A program made the translations under genes and the position numbers. A DNA stretch of 64,000 nucleotides, from the NCBI RefSeq assembly GCF_964194155.1, contig NC_135885.1:52266001-52330000 (forward strand), in the 5' to 3' direction. Positions 51,129 through 64,000 of the stretch are shown piece after piece. The notes beneath the pieces were generated by a model, which saw only the letters and a program-made list of their open reading frames with translations, did not search any database and was not told where the DNA came from. Each line of letters opens with the position of its first letter. Within the stretch, counting starts at the first letter, position 1. This DNA comes from Cetorhinus maximus. Its lineage: Eukaryota.

Positions 51129-52491
51129 GTCTCCACAAGCAATCACATTTTGAGATCAGCATCTCAGTGATTAATTTTTGGAAGTGCATAAACAACTACG
51201 GTTGAAGAGCATCTTCTGTTCCTGCCAAAGGTTTAGATTTTAGAAGAAGAATGATGAATGTAAGAGAAAGAGAAGAACATGTGATTTTAGATTAGGGTTT
51301 TATGTTCTGAATAAAATGAAAATTAGGAACGTGTGCCTGAACAGTTGTTGAACAGATGACAGATGCACTTGATAGCACCTCCTAAAACGTGCTGTAAGGT
51401 TTTTAAATCCCAGCTCTAGGAATGAGGGGTAGAAATACATTTCACTGTATTCCCCACAGGTATGGTGACTGCCTCGGAAATGCCTTTTAGCCTCTCCACA
51501 TTTTCTTTCTCTTTTCTTTACTGTCTTTCCCCTGGTAGTTCTTGCAACATCATATTGTAGATCACAAAGCAGCATTTACACTGTACTGGCAAAAGGAAAG
51601 TACTGTGGACCCTGAAAATCTGAAATAAAAACATGAAGTACTGAAACTACTCTGGAGGCCAGACATGTATGGAGAGAGCAAAAGAACAAAACCGGAATTT
51701 GATGCCACTGTAGAGACCGGTGACTGTTCACATTTAGCCAAGGAGGCGTGAAAAAGGAGGTTTGTTTGGTTTTGTTTTTGCGCAATGCATTGTTATATTG
51801 GTATAGTTATCACAATCATAAAGGTTTTATATTTATTTGCACAACAATTTATCTTTGATTTAATTATTTTAATTATAACTGTTAGTTTCTGGGGCATTTA
51901 TGGACACCTCTCATACAATTTCCATACCCAGATGTGGCCTTCCAGCCGAGAAGTTTGCTCAACCCTGGTCTAGGTACTGCATTTAATGCTGCAATTGTTT
52001 CTGACCTTGTCGACAACATTTTGATAAGTTTTTAAGCGGTAACAATTTGTTATTTTTTTTAAATGGGACATATTTATGTAAGAAAATATATTACTAAACA
52101 ACTCTTGTAAATTCCCTGAAAAACAGCAACTTTTCTTTAAACAAAATGCCTGGGAGACAAACTGTTCATTTTCATATATATTCTACAGCAGTCACAATAA
52201 AGTCTTGCAAAAAATCAAAAAGTCTTAGATTTACCAACAGGCCAAATGCATCCTGCTATCATCACACTGAATCAGATGCTTTAAGGAAAACTTAAAAAAG
52301 TGTGAACAGGGTGAATAGTAAAGGTAAAGCTGAAAAAGTTCTCTTATTGTCTCTCTCCATCAATGAGTCCATATTGGGAGAAATATCTTACACAGCAGGC
52401 AGATTTTGGTGAAGGATTTTCATTCAAAAATTATTAAAATGAAGTCTGTTTCAACAAGGTTCCTTTACTGGATTCAAGAGGACCTTAAGAA

Positions 52492-53360
52492 TGTTGTCGT
52501 GCCCAGTAAAGGCACATCCTATAACTTTTAAAAACATGAACTGTAATCAGTGTGGAATCTCCTGGAATGGACTTTTCTTCTTTAAAAATTGACATTAAAA
52601 TGCTGAAAAAGATGGCTGCCAAGAATTACCTGACTTGGTCTGTTGGGTTGAAACTTCCACACTGTCTCAAAAGGACACATTCCAAGTTAAGTAGTGTCAT
52701 TACTCATCTCCTGAGACCATCCTGAAGAGATTTCCTGACCTGAACAGGTCTTTTCAGAAACAAAGACAGTAATTATCTCAAACCCCCAGGGTGAATGTCT
52801 GCACACAATAATCCAGGTTGTGGCTAATCAACGCCACATGGTAACGCAGCCATGTTGATCTCCCTATTTAATCTTTAAACGCTGTCTGGAAGACACAACA
52901 CACCAACTGGAGAAATAGCAGCAGCAACAACAGCAGGAAGGGCAGCAACGCCTATGCCTTAAGACCTGAAGACTGTAACATCATACGGTCTCCAAGCCTG
53001 TTCCTTTGCAAGTCCACCAATGGAGAAAACCAACCTCCTGGTAACAAGATTACAGGTAATTAACTTTGTGACCTACAGAAACTCCATCTCCTCAAGAGAA
53101 TCCTGCAACGTCTATAGTATTCCACTTCAGCTATTGAATTCACACAGCTGCACTTCAGAAGTAAAAATCCTCTTCTTCACCAGGCCTGCACTGTATTTCT
53201 TCCAAGATGAGCCAATCATGTGAATTACGCACTATTCTTTAGTTTATGACTCGTAGAAGTGCACTGTTCTCTTTAACTGTATTTACTTCGGTGCAAGCAT
53301 GAAAGAGGTATGTGCTTGAGAGAGGTGCACTCTGTGAGGTAGCATTAGATTTTCGGGGTG
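52492..53360 (+). mobile_element. LTR-like fragment
   Basis: TGTT start and non-coding composition similar to other LTR-like pieces; 3' end not found. Confidence 0.3.
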
Positions 53361-53392
53361 AACTTCCTACATACGGACAAGGACTACTTCAA

Positions 53393-53920
53393 TATCTGAG
53401 GAGTTATGATTGGTACTGAACATTGTGCAATCATCAGCAAACATCTCCACATCTCTCCTTATATTGGAGGGAAGGTCGCCAATAAAGCAGCTGAAAATGA
53501 TTGAGCCTCGCCAATAAAGCAGCTGAATATGATTGAGCCTCGGACACTACTAAGAGGAAATCGTTCAGCAATGTCCTGGGCTGAGATGATTGGCCTCTAA
53601 CAACATAACCATCTTCCTTTGTGCAAAGTAAGACTCCAACCACTGGAGAGTTTTCCCCGATTCCCACTGACTTCAATTTTACTAGAACTCCTTGATGCCA
53701 CTCTCAAATGCTTCCATGATGTCAAGGATAGTCACTCTCGACTCAAGAATTCAGTTCTTTTGTCCATGTTTGGACCAAGGCTGTGATAAGGTCTAGAACC
53801 AAGTGGCCCTTGCAGAAGTCAAACTGAGCATCAGTGAGCTGATTATTGGCAAGTGACGCTTAATAGCACTGTCAATGATACCTTCCATTGTTTTGCTGAT
53901 GATTGAGAATAGGCTGATTG
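53393..53920 (-). mobile_element. Internal RT fragment of the single-ORF LINE family
   Basis: Colinear with 5478-5990 (tgtgcaatcatcagcaaacatc = MFADDCT on the minus strand). Confidence 0.85.
53476..53539. repeat. 32-bp tandem duplication
   Basis: tcgccaataaagcagctgaa(a/t)atgattgagcc x2. Confidence 0.9.
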
Positions 53921-54819
53921 CAATCATGGTACTTCATAGATCATTTGACAAAAATCGCCTACATTTATCTCTGCAATTTACAATCTCTAACATTGCCTCA
54001 TCAGTAATATGTGGTTGTCAATGGATATAGATCTGCCTCATGTGGTATCCTGCAGTGATCAGTGTTAGGACCCATACTATTTACTATTTTTCGTTATATA
54101 GTTAACGAAATTAACTATTTTTGTTAATGGTCTATCGATATGTTGGGTTATATTTCATCTAAGCTACATGCCTGCGTGGCTGCTCATCAACTAATGAGGT
54201 GCCATGCAATTATTACATCAGCACAATCCTTGTGCTTAGGTTAACATGCTTTCACTCATTTTCTCCCTGCTTCTCTAATCACAGGCTGGTTTCCCCCTCT
54301 CACACATGCTGCTAACAGGTTCATTAGTATGATTCAATTAAGCTTATTAGCAGCAAGCGCAGGAGGATATAAAGCCTCAAAAGGAGCAGGGAGGGGGAAA
54401 TGGATGAAGGCATGTTACTCCGAGCACCATAGCGGTGATGGTGCTGAGAGGGGCTTGGTCACCAACGGATGGGCTCCAGGAGCTCGGTCACCGATGGAGG
54501 AGCTCCAGGATTCCCTGAGGGAGAGTATCATTCACAAACTATAAAATCACAATGAAGAAATTTAGTTAAGCACAATTTTGGTAATTCATGAGAAATTCAA
54601 TGATTCCATGTTCTGTACTATAAATAAAATCTAAAATATTGCACCAAGAGAAAGCATTTACTTCTGCAATATTTCAATAGTTTCTGTCTGTAGTTATGTG
54701 AATTCGCTAGGGTCATTGACCTGAAATGTTAACTCTTTCTCTCCAAAGATGGTGTCTGACCTGCTGAGTATTTGCAGCAATTTTTTGTTTTGATTCCTGG
54801 AGTTAAGTGCACAGTGTTA

Positions 54820-55308
54820 TTCTCCATATTTAAGGAATGATATACTTGTATTGGAGGCAGTAAAGTGGAGGGGTCACTGGGTTGGTTCCTATGATGAGAG
54901 GCTGAATAAATTGTGCCTATATTCTGGAATTTAGAAGAATGAGATGATCTCATTGAAACATACAAGATTTTGAAGGGCTTGGCAGGGTGGGCACAGAGGT
55001 TGTTTCTCCTGGCTAGGGAATCTGGAACATGGGGGCACAGCTTCAGAATGAGGGGTTGATCATTTAGGACTGAGGAGGAGGAGAAATTTCTTCACTCATC
55101 AAAGGGTTGCGCATCTTTGGAATTCTCTGTCTCTGAGGTTGTGGATGTTTCATCATTAAATATATTCAAGACCGAGAAGCACAGATGTTTGACCTTTCAG
55201 GGAATCAAGGAACATGGAGGGCAAGCAGGAAAATGGAGTTGAGGCATGACCGTGTTGAATGGCAGAGCAGGCTTGAGGGGCCACATGACCTACTCCTGCT
55301 CCTATTTC
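54820..55308 (+). mobile_element. CR1 3' end (preceded by a Penelope pLTR piece ~54710-54795)
   Basis: LEFRRMR.DLIETYKILKG; tail gacctactcctgctcctattt. Confidence 0.8.
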
Positions 55309-58300
55309 CACCAGAGTGGAAGAACGTGAAGCAAAAAATTAAGTGGCCCAGCAGACCACAGAATTTGCCTCAGGGGTAAGTCTCTTGCAGGAAGGCAGCA
55401 TGATCAAATTCTTTGTAAGAGATGCAACTTGTGCTGTTCACTGGAAAGTTGTCATTTACATTAACTAACTGTAGCTAACCAATCATAAGCCAAAAAAAAG
55501 TGGAAAAATATAATTATAATGGTCAAAAGTTGGAGCCCATTCAAGGGATTTCCCTGCCACCCCCATAAGGTCAATGGAATGAGTGAATATTATATATATG
55601 AATTTGTGTGACCAAAGGGTACGATTAGCCTAATGAGGCATTTTCCACAGCACAGACAAAACAATGTCTAACTGAATAAATCATCTGTCAGCAATGGTGA
55701 AAGCATACTGTAGTCCACGGCACACCTTACAGTACATGAATGACAACAAGTGTTGAAATTGAGATGAGAACAAAGTTATATGAAGCCTCAGCAGAGGGTA
55801 CAATCTGGCCCACCCAGATACAACAGCGTAATCTTTCCTTCACTAATCTGCAGTGCAATTATTATTGTAAATACTAGAAGGTTTCTCCACTCTGTTGGAG
55901 CAAGACAAAACATCAAATCTCAGAAATCCTTTTCTCCTTCTGCTTTTAATCAAAGAGGCAATGCTCCTTGTCAATATATAGGGATAGCTGAACACAGGTT
56001 TTATCACGTCTAACAAAAGGTTGTTTCCCCTTTCATCTGATAAAATAAGAATTGACTACAATTCAATCAAATGAAACCAATTTTGTTACTAAAATATAGT
56101 GTGCCTAGTCAAGCATTAGTTAAGATAATAAAAAGTCCCAATAATAGCATATGAATAAAGGACATAGTAGAACTGTCCTCAGCACCCTTTAGGATCTCCA
56201 AATATCAAAGATTATTTTTTCCTAAACTTTAATTCTAAACCAGCTTGCTTGGAAAGGAATTGCTTTTTCTCCCAAAAATCACACTGTATTATAACAACTT
56301 ACCACAACTTTATAGCAGATTTAACACACTCAAGGAGAGACTTTAGCAGCTGCAATTAACAAATTAGTGCTTTCAATCAGGATAGCTTGCAACAGTTTCC
56401 ATAAGATCCAAACCAGTAACATCTCTGGATGCACGGACATTACAGGTTCAACAACAATGCAAAATAGTTCTGGCTTCACAACAACACTAAACCCGTGTTT
56501 TGTAAATCAGATGGTAAAACCTCAATTGATTCCAATTGGTTCAGGGGGTCCCACTTCAATGTCAGGTCAAGTCCTGACTACAATATAAGTGCAGCACCTA
56601 TGTCAAGCAAAGCAGTTTTGCACAGGTACTTTAGTTGTGTTATAAAAGCACCATCTGAATCAAAAAGGTAGAAGAATTAATGGCCACCAACAGCAACAAA
56701 TCAGATTAAACAAGTCAGCTTCAGTGTTAAATAATGGTTGACTGGGTTTCTTCTTTCCACTGGGCAAATATATAAACTTCACACATTTGGCAAACTTGCA
56801 AAATGTGTATGGCTGAAAATGAAAGTGATGGGGAAGTGGAGGACAGCTACTCAATCTACATCTATAAAGAGATGAACAAGGTTCACCCTAACATGCCTAT
56901 CTCCCCAAGGCCATGAGCATTGTGAACTCCTTTGTGAATATTTTAAAGCGCTGGTGTAGTTTCGCGCTTAGCTGATTACAACAAGTAATCGACCATAGCT
57001 GCTGGGTAATCCAGACCAGTATGTGCCTACTGCTGCTTGAGCACAAGATGTCAGAAGGGACAACGGCTGTGAAAAGAACACCAGTTCCAAGCAAAATTTG
57101 GTGCCAAAGAACCCTGCAAAACGCACAAAAAACGGTGCAAAAAAATGGCTAATGAAGATGGGTAGGCACTGGTACACTTAGCATGCAAATAATCAATGAG
57201 CATTCACAACTTGAAGCTCTTTCAGTTTTCCTTTTCTTAGTCTCATCTATCTTTTTTTAAATGTCACAGGGAATCAAATAGTACTGTGAAATGATTTTCA
57301 TAAATGCATTTTGGCTATAATACAGTTTGTACTATATGTGCATCCATAGCATTATTTTCTACATTTTCTCATGGTTCAAAAATAAGTTAATTTAACAAAC
57401 ATGTAGATTGCACAATATAAATACCCAGAAAGATTTAAATATCAATATATCAAATACCATATGATCTCATTCACAAATCAAAATTAGTCTTTGGCATATC
57501 TCAAAAACAAAGAATGGCTGGTAAATTAGGTTCTTCAGCATTTCAACATTTATTTATTGCATTTTGCTGAAAGAATGGGGCTGTAAGAAAAGGGACAGAA
57601 GCAAAGAGCTTCTTTAATAGTACGAGTGCCGCAAATGAATTCAGTTACGAAATGCATCATATGCATGGAAAGCAACAAGATTTGCATTCATTCCAGCCCA
57701 GTTGTTCTGAGCTTGGGCAGTTGTGGAAGGTGATGTACTTCATCTCCATACAAACATGTGAATAGATTGTATCCCATTGTCAACTCCCCGCAGGCAATAG
57801 TCCCTGGGATAAATCCATGAGCCAAATCACAGCATCAGTTGTTTTCTGCACAAGTCAATGGATCAATGGAACCAATTCAATTTTTAAAGTTAATATTGTT
57901 AAAATGCAATAATTATACCAACAACTACAAAAATATGCACTAAATCAACTAGCTTGATAAAAGGACTCGATACCCTGATTTCAGTATTTCTGATTGTGAA
58001 TGTCTCAAATCAACATCTATAGAGCATGATACACAAGACTTAACTGTTGCATCCTGCATCCTGTAACGAGACAGAAGTTCTGCTTCTTGACTAATTTATG
58101 TAACATTAAGAAGGTGGGCAGGTGTATCGATGTTCGCCAAGTACTAAAATGATTTGAAAGCTTATAAAACTGCTCAGGCAATTGACTGGATTCCTTGGCC
58201 ACTTTTAAACTATGGATTCACAGTGGAATAAAACTATAATATGCCACACTTAAAATCAAAACAATGTGAAACAATCTATGGGAGGTAGCCTTACATCATG

Positions 58301-59194
58301 AGACCTCAATGTGCTTAGGCATTAGAATGAGACCTTCCTCCAGAGTTATGAGTTTATGTCTGCATCCAAAACAGCTTTGCACTAACACAAAAATGGAACT
58401 ATAACAATAATCGGTCCTCTGTGCAGGACAACGGCTTACAGAATCAACTGCAGCATGGGACTGAGGAACTGCACAAATTGAACAGTAGTAACAACCAATG
58501 ATGGAGCATTTCTGCATACTGTTGACCATGAAGATTAACAGACCTAGTGTTGTATTGTGGCGCCAGGCAGTAATGGATAATCATTAATTTAATTGTGCTT
58601 AACAAAATACAGGTGGCAGTGAAATTAGCAAACATTAGCTTATACAAGCAGAAATTTATCCAATTATGTAGCTAATATATGAAATATACACACCCAACGT
58701 CAGTGAAGCTAAATGACTTCAATTCTGCTGGTTAAGTGCCACTAATGTAAAAATATGATTAACATTTATATACATTAGCAGGGCTATCAAGATATCATTC
58801 ATATAAGCAGGGGAATGAGAAAACTTAAAGTGGACGATGAGAACTGGAAATTATGCTGATTCAAATGACTGGGGAATGGGATAATTGTGATCGAAGGGAA
58901 TGCTAGTGTCTGAGAACTGTCAGGGAAGCCAGATGTAGGTACTAAACATAAATGAGGAGCATAAGCACTTGGAGCGGTAGTGAAATTTCCTCGAGTGAAT
59001 GGGTGGAGGAAAAATTAGAGCTTTGAGGAGGTAAATATGACTGGAAGTTCGGAGAAGTTTAGAGCTGGGGACAGCAAGAGCAACAGACTACAGCAGAGAA
59101 CAAGCAAATATAATTCTAAAGTTAGCACTAAATTCCAGCTTTCAACAGTTCCATTCTGCTTCTCCACCCTCTTCCTCATACTTTTATAATGCTG

Positions 59195-59530
59195 AAACAT
59201 AGGAACAGAAATAAGTCATTCAGCCCCTTGAATGTTTTCCATCATTCAATGAGATCATGGCTGATGTATATCTTAACTCCATCTGGCCTTTACTGCATCT
59301 CCTATTTCCTTCACCCCACGATTGGCAGCCATGCCTTCAGCTGTCTAGATCCCACTGAGTGTGTTCAGAGCAGAGGTCGATAGATTTCTCGATGCCAATG
59401 ACATCAAAGGATACAGGGATAGTACAGGAAGATGGCGTTGAGGTAGAAGATCAGCCATGATCTAGTTAAATGGTGGAGTAGGCTCAAAGGCTGAATCGCC
59501 TACACCTGCTTCTATTGTTCCTATTCCTAC
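59195..59530. mobile_element. Cluster of CR1 tail fragments in both orientations with an L2 scrap
   Basis: cattcagccccttg..gagatcatggctgat (-) and gatcagccatgatct...gcctacacctgcttctat (+). Confidence 0.65.
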
Positions 59531-60689
59531 TTTCAAGAGGGTCATTGTATGTCTTGTAAAAATATTTCTAACAGTCTTGAAGAACCAGCTGAGTTTATGA
59601 TCAGCACCTAATCTGCTGCAACAATGCTAAGAACCTAATTCTGGAAGCAGACACAACAATAAAATTGATATACCAAATACAAGGGACCTGTTAACAATGA
59701 AATTCTCAGACAACCATGGAGTCGAGAGTGTGGGTATCTTCTAGATCCATACGAAATTGGGGCATGCACATCTTCTGGTGTGCATGGTAAATGAGGTTGC
59801 TTTTGGAACAGGGGTGATTCAAACCCCAACACCAGAAAAATAGACAAAAAGAAATCCAGTAACAATCCATTAGTCATCATAACTTTCAGTCCCAGATACA
59901 GCTGTTACTTTGGAACATTTTGAAGTGCGAAGACAGGCTGTGTCTGTTGTTTTACATTGTAAAAGGACTTGACACATTGAAGGTAGTGCATAGCTCAATT
60001 TGAAAGTGCCCATGGTTTCAGGGTAACTTGTGTATGTTTTACAGTGCAAGTTATTAATTGGGACTGTCAATAGGTGTCCATTTTTTGACAGTGTCCATTT
60101 ATACAGGTTTAACTACATTTCCTCCTTCCCAGAACTATCACGACTGCAAGCTTTAAAAAAAGCCAAACTCACAGATGTTCAACAATTCACAACTTAGAGG
60201 TGATCCCACAAACTAGAAGCATTTTGGAAGGGGGCACCATGAATCAATATGCAGAAGGCAGGGAGCAAATTAAGATATTAAACACTACTCAAACCATCTA
60301 ATTGAGCCACATAAACACAAAATCTAGTGCTAGCATTTTTTCTGTTCCTAAAACAATATAAAAGCACCTGAATTATCAGCGTTATTATATAGATAAAATA
60401 ATTTGAATATAAGATATCAAATGAGAATTATCTAACTGCCCATAGATAAACTTATGAAAAAGTTGACTGCCACGTTTGTCTGTAAAACAATGATTATTCT
60501 TCACTGTGAAGAGCTGCGAGGTGTCCTGAGGACATGGAATGCCCTATATAAATATTGGCTCTTTCTTTAAAGGGCAAAATTTTGAAAGGCCCTTTAACTG
60601 CTTCAGCAAATGTACAATCAAGTTAAATCTGGCTACCTCATAAGCTAGCTCTACAAAAGGTCAACAAAATGTCCACAACAATCTTTAGT

Positions 60690-61035
60690 CTACATGTAGT
60701 ACTGAGGAAGTGCTGCACTGTTGGAGGTGTCATCTTTCGGATGAGACATTCAACTAACACTTCCCTGTCAGGTGGTACAAAGAATCCCATGGCATAGAAA
60801 GCAGAATGTTCCACTGGATGTACCTTATTAATTATTTATTCTTCAACTAACATCACAACAGCAGCTTATCTGGTCATCGTCTCTGGTTATGTGTGGTGTT
60901 TTGCTGTGCACATATGGTTTAGGATATGGGGCAACAATTAACAGTGGCTACATTTCAAAAGTTAACCATTGGCTGTAAAGCAATTCTTAAAATTCTGAGG
61001 TCATGAGAGGCATTATCAATGCCAGTTCATTATTT
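60690..61035 (+). mobile_element. DeuSINE (5'-truncated)
   Basis: gtgctgcactgttggaggtgtcatctttcggatgagac...atcccatggca Deu core. Confidence 0.75.
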
Positions 61036-62149
61036 ATCTAATTTTTACATGCTGTTAGAATTCAGCTGACATTAATTAAAATTTAAGAGTGAACACCCAC
61101 TGAACCAGCTTGAAAGTTCAACACATCAGTGGGTCCATCAAAGCAAGTCATCACTACAGACATGTAATCGTTCAAACCACATAAGTTTCACAACCTGAAC
61201 CATGGTTAAAATAATACCCAATCACACAGCTTACATAGATCAAAGTGACAGTTTACTTGCTGTACATATTTTCTAAGTAGTGGCAATCATTCACTTAACT
61301 GAAGCATGGATAAAAATATTATTGATGTTATACTGAATTAATGTATGCTTTTATATTATTTAAGAGTAAATTTTTCAATTCTATGATATATTGAGATGTT
61401 AATTCAGGTAATACAATATTTCCTGTAAGGCACCTAACTGGAACACAAAACTTATCACGCGAAGGTAGTTGCAAGAGATTGTTTTCTATTTATATGCTGA
61501 ACATTAGATCACTGACCATTTTCAACCCCAGGCTGAAAAACCTTACATTGTCAGAAGAAAAGGTTACCACTCGAAGCAGGACACATGTACCATATATGCA
61601 CAGTGACAGAATATAAAGGGTATGGGATATAGAAACCACATCTTGCAAATGAACATTGAAAGGTCAGACAATGCCTTTGTACACCATTAAGGATGACAAA
61701 ATAAAAACCGGGTGACTTTTTCCAAGTGATTAACTAAGTGTTTAGGAAGAATTATGCATTTCTGAAATGTAGTTTCCTGCCAGTAGATGGTAATTTCCCA
61801 AGAGCTTTTGAGTCAGTGTAAAACTGCAAACCATAACTTATATCAATGTTGTTGCTTCAGGGCAAACAACTATCATCAGAGCAGTGAGAAAGACCCAATT
61901 TGTAACACTCCACACTGGCCATGCAATCAGTTACTTATGCCATTTCCCTCCTTTCCCTACCCCACCGGGTCAAACTTTATTTAAACTGCCCCTCCCCCTA
62001 CCACCCCAACTATAGCCCTGAACTTGCATCTTTTTCTAGTTTCTCTCCTTTCTTCCCTCATGCCCCACTTTGAGCTCAAATTATTCATGAGGCCCATCTC
62101 CTGCCCCTTCGAAACTATTGGATAATATTGGAATAATTGGATATTGAAA

Positions 62150-63217
62150 ACTGTGGGTACAAAATTGGCTGAAAAATAGGAAGCCGAGAGTAATGGTTAA
62201 TGGATGCTTTTTCAGGCTGGAGAAAGGTTTGTAGTGGAGTTCCCCAGGGGTTGGTATTAGGACCCTTGCTTTTCCTGATATATATTAATGATCTGGATCT
62301 TGGTGTGCGGGGAACAATTTCAAAGTTTGCAGATGATACAAAGCTTGGGAATGTTGTGAACTGTGAAGACGACAGTGTGGAACTTCAAGAGGACATAGGC
62401 AAGTTGGTGGAGTGAGCAGACAAGTGGTAGATGAAGTTCAATGCGGAGAAGTGTGAGGTGATGCATTTTGGTAGGAAGAACATGGGCAGATAAGATAAAA
62501 TAAGGAGTGAAATTTTGAAGGGGGTGTAGGAGCAGAAAAATCTGGATGTATATGTGCATAGATCATTGAAGGTGGCAGGGCAGGTGGAGAGAACAGTTAA
62601 TAAAACATATAGTATCCTGGGCTTTATTAATAGGGGCATAGGGTGAAGAGCAGGGAGATTATACTGAATTTACATAAGACCCTCGTTAGACCTCAGCTGA
62701 GATATTGTGTACAGTTCTGGGCACCATATTATAGGAAGGATGTGAACACATTGAAGAGAGTGCAGAAGGTTTACAAGAATGGTCCCAGGGATGAGAAACT
62801 TCAGCTATGAGGATAGATTGGAGAAGTTGGGATTGTTTTCCTTGGAGAGGAGAAGGCTGAGAGGAGACTTGATATAAGTTTTCAAAGTCATGAGGGGGCT
62901 GGACAGAATAGATTGGGAGAAGCTGTTCCCAATTGTAAAAAGATCAAGAACAAGAGGGCACAGGTTTAAAGTGATTTGAAAAAGAAGCAAATGAGGAAAA
63001 ACTTTTTCACACGAATGGTTCGGGTCTGGAATGCACTGCCTGGAAGCGTGGCGGAGGCAGGTTCAATCGAGGCACTCAAGAGGACATTAGATGATTATTT
63101 GAATAGAAACAAGGTGCAAGGGTACGGGGAAAAGGCACTAGGTCATTTGGAGAGCCGGTGCAGACACGATGGGCCGAATGGCCTCCTTCTGTGCCGTTAA
63201 GATTCTGTCATTCTATT
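62150..63217 (+). mobile_element. CR1 RT-to-tail fragment
   Basis: SGVPQGLVLGPLLFLIYINDLD..KFADDTKLG; FFTRMVRVWNALP; tail gatgggccgaatggcctccttctgtg. Confidence 0.93.
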
Positions 63218-64000
63218 CCCACTAAACTGCCGACCAGCCAACTTCCCATCCTGGCTCCCATTTTAGCTAATATTGTTAGCAGTTCTCTCTCTTCGGGTAT
63301 TGTCACTCTCTCTTTCAGAGTTATCAGTTCTCTGCAGATGCTGCCAGACTTGCTGAGTATTTCCAGCATTTTCTATTTTTATTTTACATTTCCAGCATCT
63401 ACAATATTTTCTTTTATATTAACAAATTTAAATCTGTGTTCAAAAAGATTTCTGAAATAGTTAGTGTCATACACTTGCTGAGCAACTTTTGTCCTTTGCG
63501 ATTATAGTACTTTTAAATTAGTGGGGGCCATAATAGTAGTGTACAGTTACATGGAGCTAATGGGGATTCCAGATGTGACTAATAGCATTTCTGATTAATA
63601 ACTAGGTTATAGTCAGTATTGCTGGGCGTGTGATCTCAAGAACATACTCCCATTGCATTCTCACATGTTCTTTAACCTTTTAGTGCTTTTGTTGGTAAAA
63701 TGGTTAAGACAACATGCAGTGTATGCGAGTGTTTTTTGCCATTGCTTTACTTCTTTCATTACTTGGGTGAAAGACTGCAAAATTTTGCACTGAGGTGCTT
63801 GTTAACTAATTATACAAGTGAAGTACATTTACCTGTATTGTGAGAGGCAATTCTGCTAAAACGTGTACATAAGCTAAAATGGTATCCCCTCACGCATTTG
63901 TTATTATAATGATATAGTTCAAAGGGTGCTATCTTCAAATAGGTTTCTTGTCAAACTAAACCTCCTTTCTCAATATTAATTCTTTACTTTACAAAAAGTG

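Larger units (their letters stand above)
48770..51967 (+). mobile_element. Possible old hAT (Charlie-like) DNA transposon, fragmented by insertions
   Basis: 5' end cagaccttgggagaactacggaccgcggg..taatccagccc and 3' end atgtggccttccagccgagaagtttgctcaaccctg resemble hAT termini. Flanks gtatagca/gtctaggt match only partly. Confidence 0.35.

Noticed and set aside
59880-60115. Tc1/pogo-like terminal sequence (gtgtccatttatacaggtttaact)
   Set aside because: Only one degenerate end seen; no partner TIR or transposase.
1-64000. CRISPR arrays, operons or prokaryotic defence systems
   Set aside because: The sequence is vertebrate intronic DNA; the repeats are dispersed retroelements, not regularly spaced repeat-spacer arrays.

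Overview
Eukaryotic (vertebrate) genomic DNA. The repeat content (dense CR1 LINEs, Penelope-like elements, a DeuSINE resembling the dogfish SacSINE1) points to a cartilaginous fish, which is an inference. The window lies inside the DDX10 (DEAD-box RNA helicase) gene on the minus strand. Two coding exons are visible, 16156-16025 and 13078-12920, matching the C-terminal region and probably human exons 14 and 15. Everything else is intronic and layered with decayed retroelements: CR1, L2, RTE, Penelope, SINEs and LTR-like pieces. Most ORF-track ORFs are retroelement fragments or antisense noise. The most interesting signal is a compact (~3.2 kb net) single-ORF APE-RT LINE at 4468-8230 (-). Its 5' end is a tRNA-like Pol III promoter head, its sense strand is almost free of TTTT Pol III terminators, and its 5' and 3' ends fused together form a SINE present at 7156-7523 and 33960-34316. 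Also present are Penelope-borne minimal hammerhead ribozyme motifs, a nested inverted Penelope hairpin next to a DDX10 splice donor, and a possible unannotated spliced exon pair at 26.3-26.6 kb. Repeat boundaries are by-eye estimates; no database searches were run.
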